Positions 19,887-30,293 of a stretch of 64,000 bases of DNA are shown here, one piece after another. The DNA is taken from the NCBI GenBank assembly GCA_964248365.1, contig CAXTYC010000003.1, forward strand, positions 1 to 64,000, given 5' to 3'. The notes under the pieces were generated by a model. That model made no database searches and had not been told where the DNA came from. It saw nothing but the letters and a program-made list of their open reading frames with translations. The DNA is from an uncultured Chroococcidiopsis sp. (GTDB taxonomy: Bacteria > Cyanobacteriota > Cyanobacteriia > Cyanobacteriales > Chroococcidiopsidaceae). Positions within the stretch are counted from its first letter, which is position 1; each line of letters opens with the position of its first letter. Position numbers and translations under genes: made by a program.

Positions 19887-21107
19887 TTAGGGAGCCAGAG
19901 CATTACCTCGAATCAGACTACCAATCGTTTTAGCAGTAATCTTCAATTGGGTAATTGGGTTAGCAGGCACAACTGTCTTGTAGAGGTAGCTATCAAACGT
20001 TAGCTTTTGTACGTCCAAATCGGCACACATCTCTACAAACGCTTCACGGGTAGCATCAGAGCGATAAAACACAGTTTGCAGCAAGTCTAGCACCTTGTAG
20101 GTAAGCCCGTACTTTCTATCCCAGCGCTTGAGGTAAACCTTAAGGTCATCAGAGGTAGGAATGCGCGAACCACCATTAGCGAATTCGACAATTGTCTCGG
20201 CACACATCCGACCAGACTTAGCAGCAAAGTAAATTCCCTCACCAGAGGATTTGGTAACGTAACCAGCAGCATCGCCCACTAAGGCAACTCTACCGACGAC
20301 ACGGCGGGGTCTGGGGTGTTCGGGAATTGGGTGTGCTTCGACTTTGATGATTTGACCACCAATTAATTTTTTCGCAGCACGGGCGCGGATACCTGCTTGC
20401 AATTGTTTAATGCTAGCTTTATTAACCTGCATCGTGCCAGTACCAACAGCTACGTGGTCATATTTGGGGAATACCCAGGCGTAGAAATCGGTAGAAACGT
20501 CATCACCGACATACATTTCTGCCAGGTTGTTGTAATATGCCATTTTATCTTCAGGCAGACGGATACGCTCTTGGAAAGCGATCGCATAGTTGTAATCCCC
20601 AGCATCAATTTCTTTGGCAATGCGGGAATTTGCCCCATCTGCACCGATAATTACATCTACCTTCAGAGTTTTGGCTATCCCTGTCGCAACACCGGACGAG
20701 TGATCGACATAGTGGATAGTGTAAGGGTCCGTATTGTTTGTGGGAATATCTAGTTTATGAACTGTGGCATTAATTAAAGAAGCACCCAGCGAAGCTGCGC
20801 GATCGCGTAAGTACCCATCTAGTACCTCACGACGACACATACCAATATATTCATCTTCTTTTACTAAATTGATATCCACCTCTCGATTCGAGGGTGAAAT
20901 CATCTTCATTTTTCGCACTTGACGGTCAATAATATGCGGTGGGAGGTCAAACTCACTCACCATACACAGAGGAATCGCACCGCCACAAGGCTTAGCATTG
21001 TCTAGCTTGCGTTCAAATAGATAAGTCTCGATTCCAGCTTTGGCAAGGATCTCTGCGGCAGAGGAACCAGCAGGACCCGACCCAACAACAGCAACCCGTA
21101 GAGTCAA
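19887..21107 (-). CDS. chlP: Geranylgeranyl reductase
   Basis: LRVAVVGSGPAG, AKPCGGAIP, SGEGIYFAAKSGR; probable TTG start at 21107. Confidence 0.96.
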   Translation of the reverse strand: MTLRVAVVGSGPAGSSAAEILAKAGIETYLFERKLDNAKPCGGAIPLCMVSEFDLPPHIIDRQVRKMKMISPSNREVDINLVKEDEYIGMCRREVLDGYLRDRAASLGASLINATVHKLDIPTNNTDPYTIHYVDHSSGVATGIAKTLKVDVIIGADGANSRIAKEIDAGDYNYAIAFQERIRLPEDKMAYYNNLAEMYVGDDVSTDFYAWVFPKYDHVAVGTGTMQVNKASIKQLQAGIRARAAKKLIGGQIIKVEAHPIPEHPRPRRVVGRVALVGDAAGYVTKSSGEGIYFAAKSGRMCAETIVEFANGGSRIPTSDDLKVYLKRWDRKYGLTYKVLDLLQTVFYRSDATREAFVEMCADLDVQKLTFDSYLYKTVVPANPITQLKITAKTIGSLIRGNALAP

Positions 21108-21438
21108 AGGTCTTCTCCCAATCTTCAATCGCTAGAAATGCATAGTATCACGGTCTTTTCGCTGATTTGACCAAGTAAGCTCTAGAATCGGGAATTTGCA
21201 ATAGAGCTTAACAAGCGAGGCAAAAATAATTAATATCTTTTGAGTTAAATACGTGCTTGTTAACTCGTTCCCTGTTGAACAGCAGGATACACAATTACTA
21301 ATCACACAGCAGGGAAGTTATTGCTCAACCTTCGTCTATATAAAGCAAAACTCACTCTGAAGAAAGACATTAGCAGAATTTTGTTAAACTATATTTAATC
21401 AATTGATAACCTAAGAACTAGATTTAACAACTGTTTAA

Positions 21439-22524
21439 ATGACAAACACCATTGGTAGTGGGGAAGAGTTAAACCTTCAGCAGATTGCCAGCAGCTTTCA
21501 GGTTGTACACGCAACTCCTGGTCGTCTCCGGCTCCGTACTAATGATAGAAGCCTGAAACCAGCATTAAAGACTTTCGCAAAAATTTTACAGGAGCAAGAA
21601 GGAGTGAGCGAAGTCCAAATCCATCAGCAAACGGGTAGTTTGGTAGTCAAATTTGATGAAAACAAACTGTCTCAAATGCAGATGGGTAACTGGCTAGAGC
21701 AATTGAGTGTATCCCAAGCACCAGCACCAGAAGAGAAAAACACAGATGCCTTTGCTGCTTGGAAGTCAGTGGATTTTTGGAAAGAACAAGGACTCGATTT
21801 TATCCCCTTGGTTACAGGTTTAGCGGTGACAAGCGGGTTAGGAATTAGTGGCTTAGCAGCAATTCCCGTGTATATGATCGCAGCTGGGGTGGCGAGGGGG
21901 GCGATCGATCTAACTAAAGACGCATGGCTTGAGGTAAAAGGCGAGAGGGAGGAGGAGAAAAAAGACAAGGAAGACAGGGAGAAAATGCCTTCTTCCCCCA
22001 CTCACACAGTCACTCCGTCACCTGTTGATAATTCCACACCCTACAAGATCGTTCATGCAGTTCCAGGACGAATTAGATTCAATGTACCTTGGCTGGCTCA
22101 GGATTCGGTATATGCCGAGCGAGTACAAAAATTGCTGAAAGCAGATGGTGCGATCGCAAGTTTCCGCATGAATCGAGATGCAGCATCGATTGTAATTAAT
22201 TATAAGCTCTGTGAAGGAATTTCAGTTTCCCATTGGCTCGATTTGTTGCAGGCGGCACAAAAAGAAAGCGTACAGCAAAATAGCCCCGCTACAGTAGCAA
22301 CACAAACAACACAGATTAGTCAACCGCAAGCGGCGGTAGAATCGCTCGCCACAACAGCGAATTTAGAGCCAGAATCAGACTCAATTAGCGTCACATTGCT
22401 ACCACAGCCAGATAGGCAAATAATTTTAGAAGCAGCTAATTTATGGGCAGTAATGAAATCGCCTGCCCTGAATTTATCTTTAGCTTTTATGGCGAACTTT
22501 CCCTTGCAGACAGTTCCAGAGTGA
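21439..22524 (+). CDS. Protein with two HMA2-type domains and a central glycine-rich membrane segment
   Basis: VVHATPGRLRLR and IVHAVPGRIRF motifs; GLAVTSGLGISGLAAIPV segment. Confidence 0.75.
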   Translation: MTNTIGSGEELNLQQIASSFQVVHATPGRLRLRTNDRSLKPALKTFAKILQEQEGVSEVQIHQQTGSLVVKFDENKLSQMQMGNWLEQLSVSQAPAPEEKNTDAFAAWKSVDFWKEQGLDFIPLVTGLAVTSGLGISGLAAIPVYMIAAGVARGAIDLTKDAWLEVKGEREEEKKDKEDREKMPSSPTHTVTPSPVDNSTPYKIVHAVPGRIRFNVPWLAQDSVYAERVQKLLKADGAIASFRMNRDAASIVINYKLCEGISVSHWLDLLQAAQKESVQQNSPATVATQTTQISQPQAAVESLATTANLEPESDSISVTLLPQPDRQIILEAANLWAVMKSPALNLSLAFMANFPLQTVPE

Positions 22525-22543
22525 GGGAAACAGGAGCAAAGCA

Positions 22544-23017
22544 ATGGTTGGTGTCATCTCGCAGCTACCATCACACCAAGGCAAAAAACAGGAGTTTGTC
22601 AAACAAAGGGCAAAACTGGCTCTAGATAACGATCGCAATAGAGTTGAGGAGCAAACAAACACAGCTTGTAGCGTGGTTCATGTTATCCCAGGTAGGATAC
22701 GCTTGCAAGTGCCGCCAGCCGAAGATTCAGAATACTTAGAACGTCAGGAAGTAGTACACACAGATGTACTAGTTAAAAGCGATCGCATCAACAGCATTGC
22801 AGCATCGATTGTAATTCAATCCGAGCAAAGTGAGATTTCAGATGAACAGATGCGATCGCATTTATTGAGTTTAATTAACTCGAAAGCAGATGCATCACTG
22901 GCTGTGTCACTCACTAAAATCGCGTCTTCACCTGAGCCTGCTAACGAGTCAATCCTCACTTATTCGCTAGAAATACGCGCCAGTGATAGTCGCTTCAGAT
23001 TAAAGGTGGGGCATTAA
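22544..23017 (+). CDS. HMA2-type domain protein, possibly degenerate
   Basis: SVVHVIPGRIRL and RINSIAASIVI motifs. Confidence 0.55.
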   Translation: MVGVISQLPSHQGKKQEFVKQRAKLALDNDRNRVEEQTNTACSVVHVIPGRIRLQVPPAEDSEYLERQEVVHTDVLVKSDRINSIAASIVIQSEQSEISDEQMRSHLLSLINSKADASLAVSLTKIASSPEPANESILTYSLEIRASDSRFRLKVGH

Positions 23018-23168
23018 AAGCAAGATGACTAAGCTTCACTGTCTAGGCATTTTGATTTAATTCATAATTCGTTTTTATTTCCCCTTTTGCAATCTACAGG
23101 TCTTGCGTTCGCCCAAGAGCCTGTCATTGAAAATCCAAATTAAAAAAACTCTACCAAATAAACAAGTA

Positions 23169-25559
23169 ATGGCAAAAGCACCTTTACAACTTTCATCACC
23201 ACCAGCTCAAATTTCTCAAAAGAAAGTAGTAGATCTCAAAGAGAAATTTGTCTTAGCACAGCATCAGGACAACGAGCAGCCGCAAGGAGAAGTATATTAC
23301 AGCATTGTTCACAAACTTTCAGGACGAGTGCGGTTTCGGATACCAAGGCTGCTGCATGATGAGGACTATAGCGAACGGCTGGGGATGTTGCTGGAAGCAG
23401 ATCCCGCAGTGACGAGTTTCCGAATCAATCGTGCAGCTGCTTCAGTTGTTGTGACTTATCAACCCAATACAGTTGCAGATGCTAAAATGCGTGAGCGTCT
23501 GATTTGTCTAATTGGGACAGCCAGTAAAGCAATCTTTCTCACGCCCACCGCACAGCCACCAGCAACGGATGCAAATGATGAAAATGAGTTGAGTTGGCAA
23601 CTTCCTGCTTTGGCGACAACCTTAGCCGTCCTAGGGGGACCGATAGGATTGCCAATACCACCGCTTATAGTTGCAGGAACGATCGCAGCTGCTACTATAC
23701 CCGTAGCCCAAAGAGCGTTAGAAGGAATTACCACCGAGCAAAAACTGAATATTGACTTTTTGGACTTGATGGCGATCGCAATTACCACCTTCCAAGGTCA
23801 ATTTCTCACGCCATCGCTGATGCTAAGCTTAATCGAAATTGGCGAACAGATACGCGATCGCACGGCTCGTTCTTCCCAATTGCAAACCCTAGATTTGCTC
23901 AATTCACTGGGACAATTCGTCTGGGTGGAACGCAATGGCGAAAAGCAACAAATTCCGATCCAAGAGGTGCTGCGAGGCGATACTGTTATCGTTTATCCTG
24001 GGGAACAAGTCCCCGTTGATGGCATCATTCAACGCGGTAAAGCACTGATTGACGAGCAAAAATTGACTGGCGAGTCCATGCCAGTATTGAAACATAAAGG
24101 ACAGCCCGTATATGCCTCAACTCTGGTACGGGAGGGAAGAATCTATCTTTTAGCAGAAAGAGTAGGTAACGATACCCGTGCGGGACAAAGTATTAAGTTG
24201 ATGCAAGAGGCTCCCGTTCACGATACTCGGATGGAAAACTATGCCGCGAAAATTGCCGAAAAAGCTGTATTACCAACTTTACTATTAGGTGGTGCAGTAT
24301 TTGCAGTAACACGCAACCCAGCTAGAGCCGCCTCTGTCCTCACCCTTGATTTTGCTACAGGAATTCGAGTTTCAGTACCAACGACAGTTCTAGCAGCACT
24401 GACTTATGCAGCCAAGAACGGTATTTTGATTCGCAGCGGACGAGCCTTAGAACAACTAGCAGAGATTGACACGATTGTCTTTGACAAAACAGGTACTCTA
24501 ACCAGAGGTGAAGTAGCCATTGTCAATGTCGAAAGCTTGAATTCAAATACGTCGCCAAAGCGAGTACTGCAACTAGCGGCGGCGGCTGAGCAACGCCTGA
24601 CTCACCCAGTAGCAGAAGCTGTGATCCGTCATGCACAAGCACAAAACATTGAAATTCTGCCACGCAGTAAGTGGAATTATCAACTCGGTCTGGGTGTAGA
24701 AGCAGAAATTGAGGGCGAGACAGTTTTAGTAGGTAGCGATCGCTTTTTGCGTCAGTCAGGAGTCACAATTCAGGAGTCAGTAGGGGCGGGTTTGTCTAAG
24801 TTATCCCAAGAGCCAAATTATTGCATAACCCGCTCGTACCCACGTCAGGAGTCCCACATCAGTTCTGTTTCCCCATCACCCCATCACCCTATCATCCCTA
24901 ACAAGAAAGATGGGATCTCAGCTATATACGTAGCCAGCAACGGAGAGCTTCAGGGTAAAATTGAATTTAGCGATCTTCTTCGTCCAGAAAGTCGGGATGT
25001 AATTACCGCCCTGGCAACGGTTGAAGGTGTAGAAATTCATATGCTCACCGGAGACAATCGCCGCACTGCCAGCGCTGTAGCTGCTCAGTTGGGAATTATA
25101 CCACAAAATACTCACGCTGAGGCTTTTCCCGAACAGAAAGCCAGCATTGTGCGTCAATTGCACGAACAAGGTAAGACAGTTGCTTTTGTTGGTGATGGAC
25201 TGAATGATTCGCCTGCTTTAGCATATGCTGATGTTTCAGTTTCCTTTGCCAATGGTTCCGACATTGCCCGCGAGACAGCAGATATAGTGCTGATGCAAAA
25301 CGATTTGCGAGGCTTGTTGGAGGGGATCGCGATCGCGCGTCAAGCAAAGGAATTGATCGAGCAAAACACGGCTATTGTTGCCATCCCTAACTTAGCTGCG
25401 ATCGTCTTTGCTGTCTTAGTTGGCATCAACCCCCTAGCAGCAACCCTCGTCAACAATGGCTCAACAGTAGTCGCGGGAGTAAATGGCTTACGTCCCATTC
25501 TCAAAAGTAAAAAGGAATACAATCGTATTGAGGGATACAACCCATCTATTGACAGATGA
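23169..25559 (+). CDS. Heavy-metal P1B-type ATPase (P1B-6/FezB-like) with N-terminal HMA2 domain
   Basis: LTGES, DKTGTLT, HP, MLTGD and GDGLND motifs; TM motif DFATG instead of CPx; N-terminal HKLSGRVRFR. Confidence 0.9.
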   Translation: MAKAPLQLSSPPAQISQKKVVDLKEKFVLAQHQDNEQPQGEVYYSIVHKLSGRVRFRIPRLLHDEDYSERLGMLLEADPAVTSFRINRAAASVVVTYQPNTVADAKMRERLICLIGTASKAIFLTPTAQPPATDANDENELSWQLPALATTLAVLGGPIGLPIPPLIVAGTIAAATIPVAQRALEGITTEQKLNIDFLDLMAIAITTFQGQFLTPSLMLSLIEIGEQIRDRTARSSQLQTLDLLNSLGQFVWVERNGEKQQIPIQEVLRGDTVIVYPGEQVPVDGIIQRGKALIDEQKLTGESMPVLKHKGQPVYASTLVREGRIYLLAERVGNDTRAGQSIKLMQEAPVHDTRMENYAAKIAEKAVLPTLLLGGAVFAVTRNPARAASVLTLDFATGIRVSVPTTVLAALTYAAKNGILIRSGRALEQLAEIDTIVFDKTGTLTRGEVAIVNVESLNSNTSPKRVLQLAAAAEQRLTHPVAEAVIRHAQAQNIEILPRSKWNYQLGLGVEAEIEGETVLVGSDRFLRQSGVTIQESVGAGLSKLSQEPNYCITRSYPRQESHISSVSPSPHHPIIPNKKDGISAIYVASNGELQGKIEFSDLLRPESRDVITALATVEGVEIHMLTGDNRRTASAVAAQLGIIPQNTHAEAFPEQKASIVRQLHEQGKTVAFVGDGLNDSPALAYADVSVSFANGSDIARETADIVLMQNDLRGLLEGIAIARQAKELIEQNTAIVAIPNLAAIVFAVLVGINPLAATLVNNGSTVVAGVNGLRPILKSKKEYNRIEGYNPSIDR
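24780..24839. mobile_element. 60-bp palindromic element inserted in frame in the ATPase
   Basis: Ends GTAGGGGCGGGTTT and TAACCCGCTCGTAC; same ends as the recF insertion. Confidence 0.65.
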
Positions 25560-25628
25560 GGTATTTGTGTGCATTGCACTAAGCTTGAAAACTTGTCAGA
25601 TTTTCCACATCAATTGAGGTAATCAATC

Positions 25629-25943
25629 ATGGCTCCTAAAATTGGCGATTTCGTTGAAGATGCTGGCGCACCTGGTTTGATCGCAGGTATCGGTGCAGTA
25701 ATCCTCGCACCCATTGTGCTTCCATTTGTGGCTGGAGTTGGCAAACCCGTAGTCAAGTCATTGATCAAAGGTGGACTCGTTGCCTACGAAAAGAGTAAGG
25801 GAGCATTGGCAGAAGCTGGTGAAACCTGGGAAGACATGGTAGCCGAGGCTAGAGCAGAACTAGCTGAAGAAAAACAGCCAGCTTATGAAACTACTGTCAC
25901 CCATAGCGAGACAGTGCCTAACAATGGCGAATTACAAGCATAA
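25629..25943 (+). CDS. DUF5132-like small GxxxG membrane protein
   Basis: GLIAGIGAVILAP, KSLIKGG and EDMVAEARAE motifs. Confidence 0.75.
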   Translation: MAPKIGDFVEDAGAPGLIAGIGAVILAPIVLPFVAGVGKPVVKSLIKGGLVAYEKSKGALAEAGETWEDMVAEARAELAEEKQPAYETTVTHSETVPNNGELQA

Positions 25944-25992
25944 ACAGCAAACAGTTATCCTCTGACAGTAATAACTGATAACTAACCAAGCA

Positions 25993-26186
25993 ATTTTAGA
26001 TTTTAGATTTTGAATTAAAGTAAATATCTAAAATCTAAAAAAGTTCGGGTTGCCCGTCTGATTTTAGATTTTAGATTTTGGATTACCATGAAAATCCTCT
26101 TTAATTCAAAATCGTAAATCGTAAATCTAAAATCGCCAGATGCATGGAGTCAATCCAAAATCATAAATCCGCTCATCCAAAATCGT
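25993..26186. repeat. ATTTTAG / CTAAAAT heptamer arrays in inverted arrangement
   Basis: Read directly from the sequence. Confidence 0.75.
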
Positions 26187-26195
26187 TTGACCGCG

Positions 26196-26738
26196 ATGTT
26201 GACAACTACGCACAAATTAACTCAAAATTCAGCCAAACCAATATCTACAAGGGTTGTCAGTTCTACTCCAGGACGGCTACGGGTGAGAGTCGCGCCGCAG
26301 CACCGTAGTTCTGGGGAAATGCAACGTATTGCCAATGCTTTGGAGGCACAACCTAACATTAATCAAGTGCAGATTAATAGCGAAAGTGGCAGTATTACTA
26401 TCAATCACAATAGTAACAATAGCAGTCTCAAAAATGTTTTCGCCACGCTAAAAGATTTAGGCATTATTTTCGCTAATGTCACAGAAGGTAACACAGAGGC
26501 AGCATCGCAAGTATCAAATGCAGTTGTTGACTTAAACAATCGAGTCCGACAAGCAACAGGCGGTGCGGTTGACCTGCGGTTTCTTTTCCCTTTGGGACTT
26601 AGTACTCTAGCCGTGCGGCAGTTAATTGCCAAGGGGTTAGAATTCGAGACAATACCCTGGTATGTTTTAGCATGGTATGCCTTTGATAGCTTTATTAAAT
26701 TGCATGGTTCCAGCCAAACTGAATCATCCAGAGAGTAA
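26196..26738 (+). CDS. HMA2-type domain membrane protein
   Basis: VVSSTPGRLRVR; C-terminal DLRFLFPLGL and PWYVLAWYAFDSFIKLH. Confidence 0.75.
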   Translation: MLTTTHKLTQNSAKPISTRVVSSTPGRLRVRVAPQHRSSGEMQRIANALEAQPNINQVQINSESGSITINHNSNNSSLKNVFATLKDLGIIFANVTEGNTEAASQVSNAVVDLNNRVRQATGGAVDLRFLFPLGLSTLAVRQLIAKGLEFETIPWYVLAWYAFDSFIKLHGSSQTESSRE

Positions 26739-26762
26739 CAAGCACAACCCAGTCAAAGCCAA

Positions 26763-27596
26763 GTGACGATCGCCTACCATCTCAACTGCGGCACACAATG
26801 CACTATTGGCGGATGTCTCGTCAGTGGTACGGGTTCCCTATTTCAAAGAGCATCGCTTGTTAGTCATTGTCTGTTGGTGGAAACGAATTCTGGTTTAGTG
26901 CTAATAGATACAGGCTTGGGTCTACAAGACATCGAAAATCCACGTAGGCGATTAGGTGAAGGGTTCATGTTTTTGGCTCGACCGCGCCTCGATCGGGAAG
27001 AAACAGCAGTGCGGCAGGTCGAACGCTTGGGCTTTTCCTCTTTAGACGTGCGACACATTATTGTTACTCACCTCGATCTAGACCACGCAGGCGGGATAGC
27101 AGACTTTCCCGCCGCACAAGTTCACATCCTCGACTCAGAATACACAGCGGCAACTGCTCCAAATACATTTACAGATAAATATCGCTACCGCCCTTGTCAG
27201 TGGGAACACCAACCTCGCTGGGTACGCCACAAAGTCGAAGGAGAGCAATGGTTTGGCTTTGAATGCGTCAGACAGATCGAGGGACTTCCCCCCGAAATTC
27301 TGCTAGTGCCACTGCTAGGGCATACACGCGGTCACACAGGTGTAGCAGTTTATACCCAAGGAAGTTGGTTACTTCATGCAGGCGACGCTTACTACTTTCG
27401 CCATGAGATGGACTATCAACAGCCCAAATGTCCCTTTGGTTTGAAACTAGTTCAGCGCATTGGTGCAGTTGATAATCAGGCGCGGCTGCGAAATCAAGAG
27501 CGTCTTCGTCAGCTAGCGCACGATCGCCCCAATGTTGTCCACATTTTCTCGGCACACGATCCGGTTGAGTTTGAAAATTGTAGACACCTACGCTAG
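26763..27596 (+). CDS. MBL-fold metallo-hydrolase (AHL-lactonase-like)
   Basis: THLDLDHAGG (HxDxDH), GHTRGH, GDAY and AHD motifs. Confidence 0.88.
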   Translation: MTIAYHLNCGTQCTIGGCLVSGTGSLFQRASLVSHCLLVETNSGLVLIDTGLGLQDIENPRRRLGEGFMFLARPRLDREETAVRQVERLGFSSLDVRHIIVTHLDLDHAGGIADFPAAQVHILDSEYTAATAPNTFTDKYRYRPCQWEHQPRWVRHKVEGEQWFGFECVRQIEGLPPEILLVPLLGHTRGHTGVAVYTQGSWLLHAGDAYYFRHEMDYQQPKCPFGLKLVQRIGAVDNQARLRNQERLRQLAHDRPNVVHIFSAHDPVEFENCRHLR

Positions 27597-28062
27597 CAAA
27601 GCCTTTATTTTCTTGTTCCCAGGCTGAGCCTAGAAACGTGGAAGGGAAATCTTAATTCAATTGTCAAAAATTATCCCTCTTGAATTAGGGACTTTTTTAG
27701 CTCGTTAGGGGCATATCCTGCCAGTCCTATCTTGTATCTTTTTGGAAAACTTACCAAGTACAGGCAAAGAACTACCTAGTGAAAGTCAGTTACAACTTAC
27801 TAAAAAGCTTAATTTATCTTTTAACTCTTTTCAACGAGTTTAAGCTTTCAGCCCAAACTTTAGTTTAGTTCCTGGTGCATAATCCAAGTCTACATACTTG
27901 GCATCCGTTTGGGTTTTAAGAATTATCACAATTAATTGCCTCTGGGCTAAATTTGAGGCACTAATAAAAAAATTATTAAAAATATTGCATAGCATTTAGA
28001 AATATAATTAGTAAGCAAGAGAGAGCTTAGTAACGTCAGCAACACAAGAGTGGGCAGCTCAA

Positions 28063-30018
28063 ATGAATACGAATTCATCTGAGTCAACCTCAGAGTTGAC
28101 AAAACCATTGTTTCCTCACACTCAGGTAGGTAAAGACGTAGATTCTGAAAATAGCAAGCAGTTCCTAGACAGCATTAACGATTGTGCGTGTGCAACTATT
28201 TTTGTAGCTGGGGAAAAACTGCTAGGCGCGATCGCCCCTAGAAGTGGGCATTTGGATTTGGATACAATTCTTAATCGCACAGTCACGCAAGTGCGGCAGT
28301 TTCTCCATTGCGATCGCGTACTGATTTACCGCTTCCAAACAGATTGGAGTGGGGACATAATTGTAGAATCTGTTGTCAAATCCAGCCGTTCTGTTCTGGG
28401 AATAAACATCAAAGACCCCTGCTTTAAACAACAACATATCGAACGCTACAGACGAGGGCATATCCAAGTTGTAAAAGATATATTTGCTGCTGGACTACAA
28501 CCTTGCCACGTAGCTTTACTTGCCTCTTTTCAGGTAAGAGCTAATCTGGTAGTTCCCATTTTTTCCTCACAGGATTTGTGGGGGCTGCTGATTGCCCACC
28601 ATTGCCAAGGAACCCGTGAATGGCTGCAAACGGAAATCGACTTATTGGAGCAATTGGCAACTCAAGTAGGAATCGCTATCGAACAGACACAACTGCTGAC
28701 TCAAGTCAAGTGTATTAATGCTCAGCTTTCGTCACAAGTGCAAAAGCAAACAGCCGAATTGCAAAAGGCGCTTAAATTTGAAGCCCTAGTGCGACTGATA
28801 ACCGAAAAAATCCGTGACAGCTTGGATGAAACTCAAGTACTGCAAACAGCTACCCAGGAATTAGCACAAGTACTGAAGGTTGAACGTTGCAAAATTGAAC
28901 TTTATAACGCCTGCCAAACCGTAGGAACGATTGCTTACGAGTACACCACTAGCTTACCCCTATGCCAAGGATTGACAAGACTTGTTGCAGACTTTCCAGA
29001 AGTATATCAGACACTGTTACAAAAACAACCCCTGCAATACGGGGACATTATGCCAGCGTGGAACACGAGGTTATCTCAGGTAACACGGCTAGCCCACCCA
29101 ATTTTTGACAACGAAGGGGTTTTAGGAAATCTCTGGCTCACCAGACCACCAGAACAGGTGTTTGATGAGTTTGAGATGAGGTTAGTGCAGCAGGTAGCGA
29201 ATGAATGCGCGATCGCTATTCGGGGAGCTAGACTATACCAAGCGTCTCAGGCACAAGTTAGAGAACTAGAAAAACTCGAACGCCTGAAAAACGAATTTCT
29301 CAGAACTATTTCCCACGAACTGCGCACACCCATAACTAGCATTAGCCTTGCTGTCGAAACTCTAGAAGCTCTTCTCAAACAAGAAGGTGTATTAGATAAA
29401 TCCAAATTTGGGCAACTGTTGCAAATTCTCCATCAGGAGTGTCGGCGAGAGAAGAAGTTGATTAACGATTTGCTGACGCTTTCTACTCTCGAAGCCGAAA
29501 CCGAGTCTCTGATTTTGGGAGTGGTTGACTTACAAACCTGGATTCCTCCCATTATTGAATCTTTTAGAGAACGCACCACTCGCCAGCAGCAGCAGTTAAA
29601 CCTAACCGTTGCCACTGACATTCCTCCTTTGCAGACAAACATCAGTGATTTAAAGCGTATCCTAATTGAACTGCTCAATAATGCCTGCAAATATACACCT
29701 GCAAACGAATTAATTACAGTTTCAGCAAGCGCTACAGCCGACACTGTGCTTTTGTGTGTCAGCAATTCTGGAGTCGAGATTTCTGGTGATGAGATGTCAC
29801 GGATTTTCGACCCATTCTATCGCATTCCCAACAATGACCCCTGGAAGTACAGTGGAACTGGACTAGGACTTGCCTTAGTACGCAAACTAGTGCGAAATTT
29901 AGGCGGCGAAATTTATGTCAAAAGTGCAGCTGCTTCTACCACCTTTACCCTACAATTCAATAGGCAAAACTATTCAACAGCAATAAAAAACCTCGGTTAT
30001 CAAGCCGAGGCTGAGTAG
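28063..30018 (+). CDS. Cyanobacteriochrome GAF-GAF histidine kinase (DXCF type)
   Basis: GAF1 has DPCF and PCH...QVRANLVVPI; second GAF lacks the bilin motif; SHELRTP, NNACKY and GTGLGL boxes. Confidence 0.85.
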   Translation: MNTNSSESTSELTKPLFPHTQVGKDVDSENSKQFLDSINDCACATIFVAGEKLLGAIAPRSGHLDLDTILNRTVTQVRQFLHCDRVLIYRFQTDWSGDIIVESVVKSSRSVLGINIKDPCFKQQHIERYRRGHIQVVKDIFAAGLQPCHVALLASFQVRANLVVPIFSSQDLWGLLIAHHCQGTREWLQTEIDLLEQLATQVGIAIEQTQLLTQVKCINAQLSSQVQKQTAELQKALKFEALVRLITEKIRDSLDETQVLQTATQELAQVLKVERCKIELYNACQTVGTIAYEYTTSLPLCQGLTRLVADFPEVYQTLLQKQPLQYGDIMPAWNTRLSQVTRLAHPIFDNEGVLGNLWLTRPPEQVFDEFEMRLVQQVANECAIAIRGARLYQASQAQVRELEKLERLKNEFLRTISHELRTPITSISLAVETLEALLKQEGVLDKSKFGQLLQILHQECRREKKLINDLLTLSTLEAETESLILGVVDLQTWIPPIIESFRERTTRQQQQLNLTVATDIPPLQTNISDLKRILIELLNNACKYTPANELITVSASATADTVLLCVSNSGVEISGDEMSRIFDPFYRIPNNDPWKYSGTGLGLALVRKLVRNLGGEIYVKSAAASTTFTLQFNRQNYSTAIKNLGYQAEAE

Positions 30019-30293
30019 GAGAAACCAAAAAATCAATTATCAATTATCAATGAATTGATACTGGCTAGGACGAGGGTAAGCAAAACCTCTGCGCTATACA
30101 AATAAACTAGCGTAAACGCGCTGTATTTGTTAAATTATGTAACTATATTAACTTTTTTATTACAAAAATTCAAGATACCTTGACCAAAAAGAACAAATAG
30201 TACTAATAAGATATAGTTATTAAAGCTGGCTGTTCCCAGGATGAGGAATTGCTTTTTTAATTCCAAATTGCCTATCATTTTGTGGTATAAATC

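Noticed and set aside
21439..22524. Calcyanin (ccyA) assignment
   Set aside because: It has basic HMA-like domains but only one short glycine-rich segment, not the long triplicated glycine zipper that defines calcyanin
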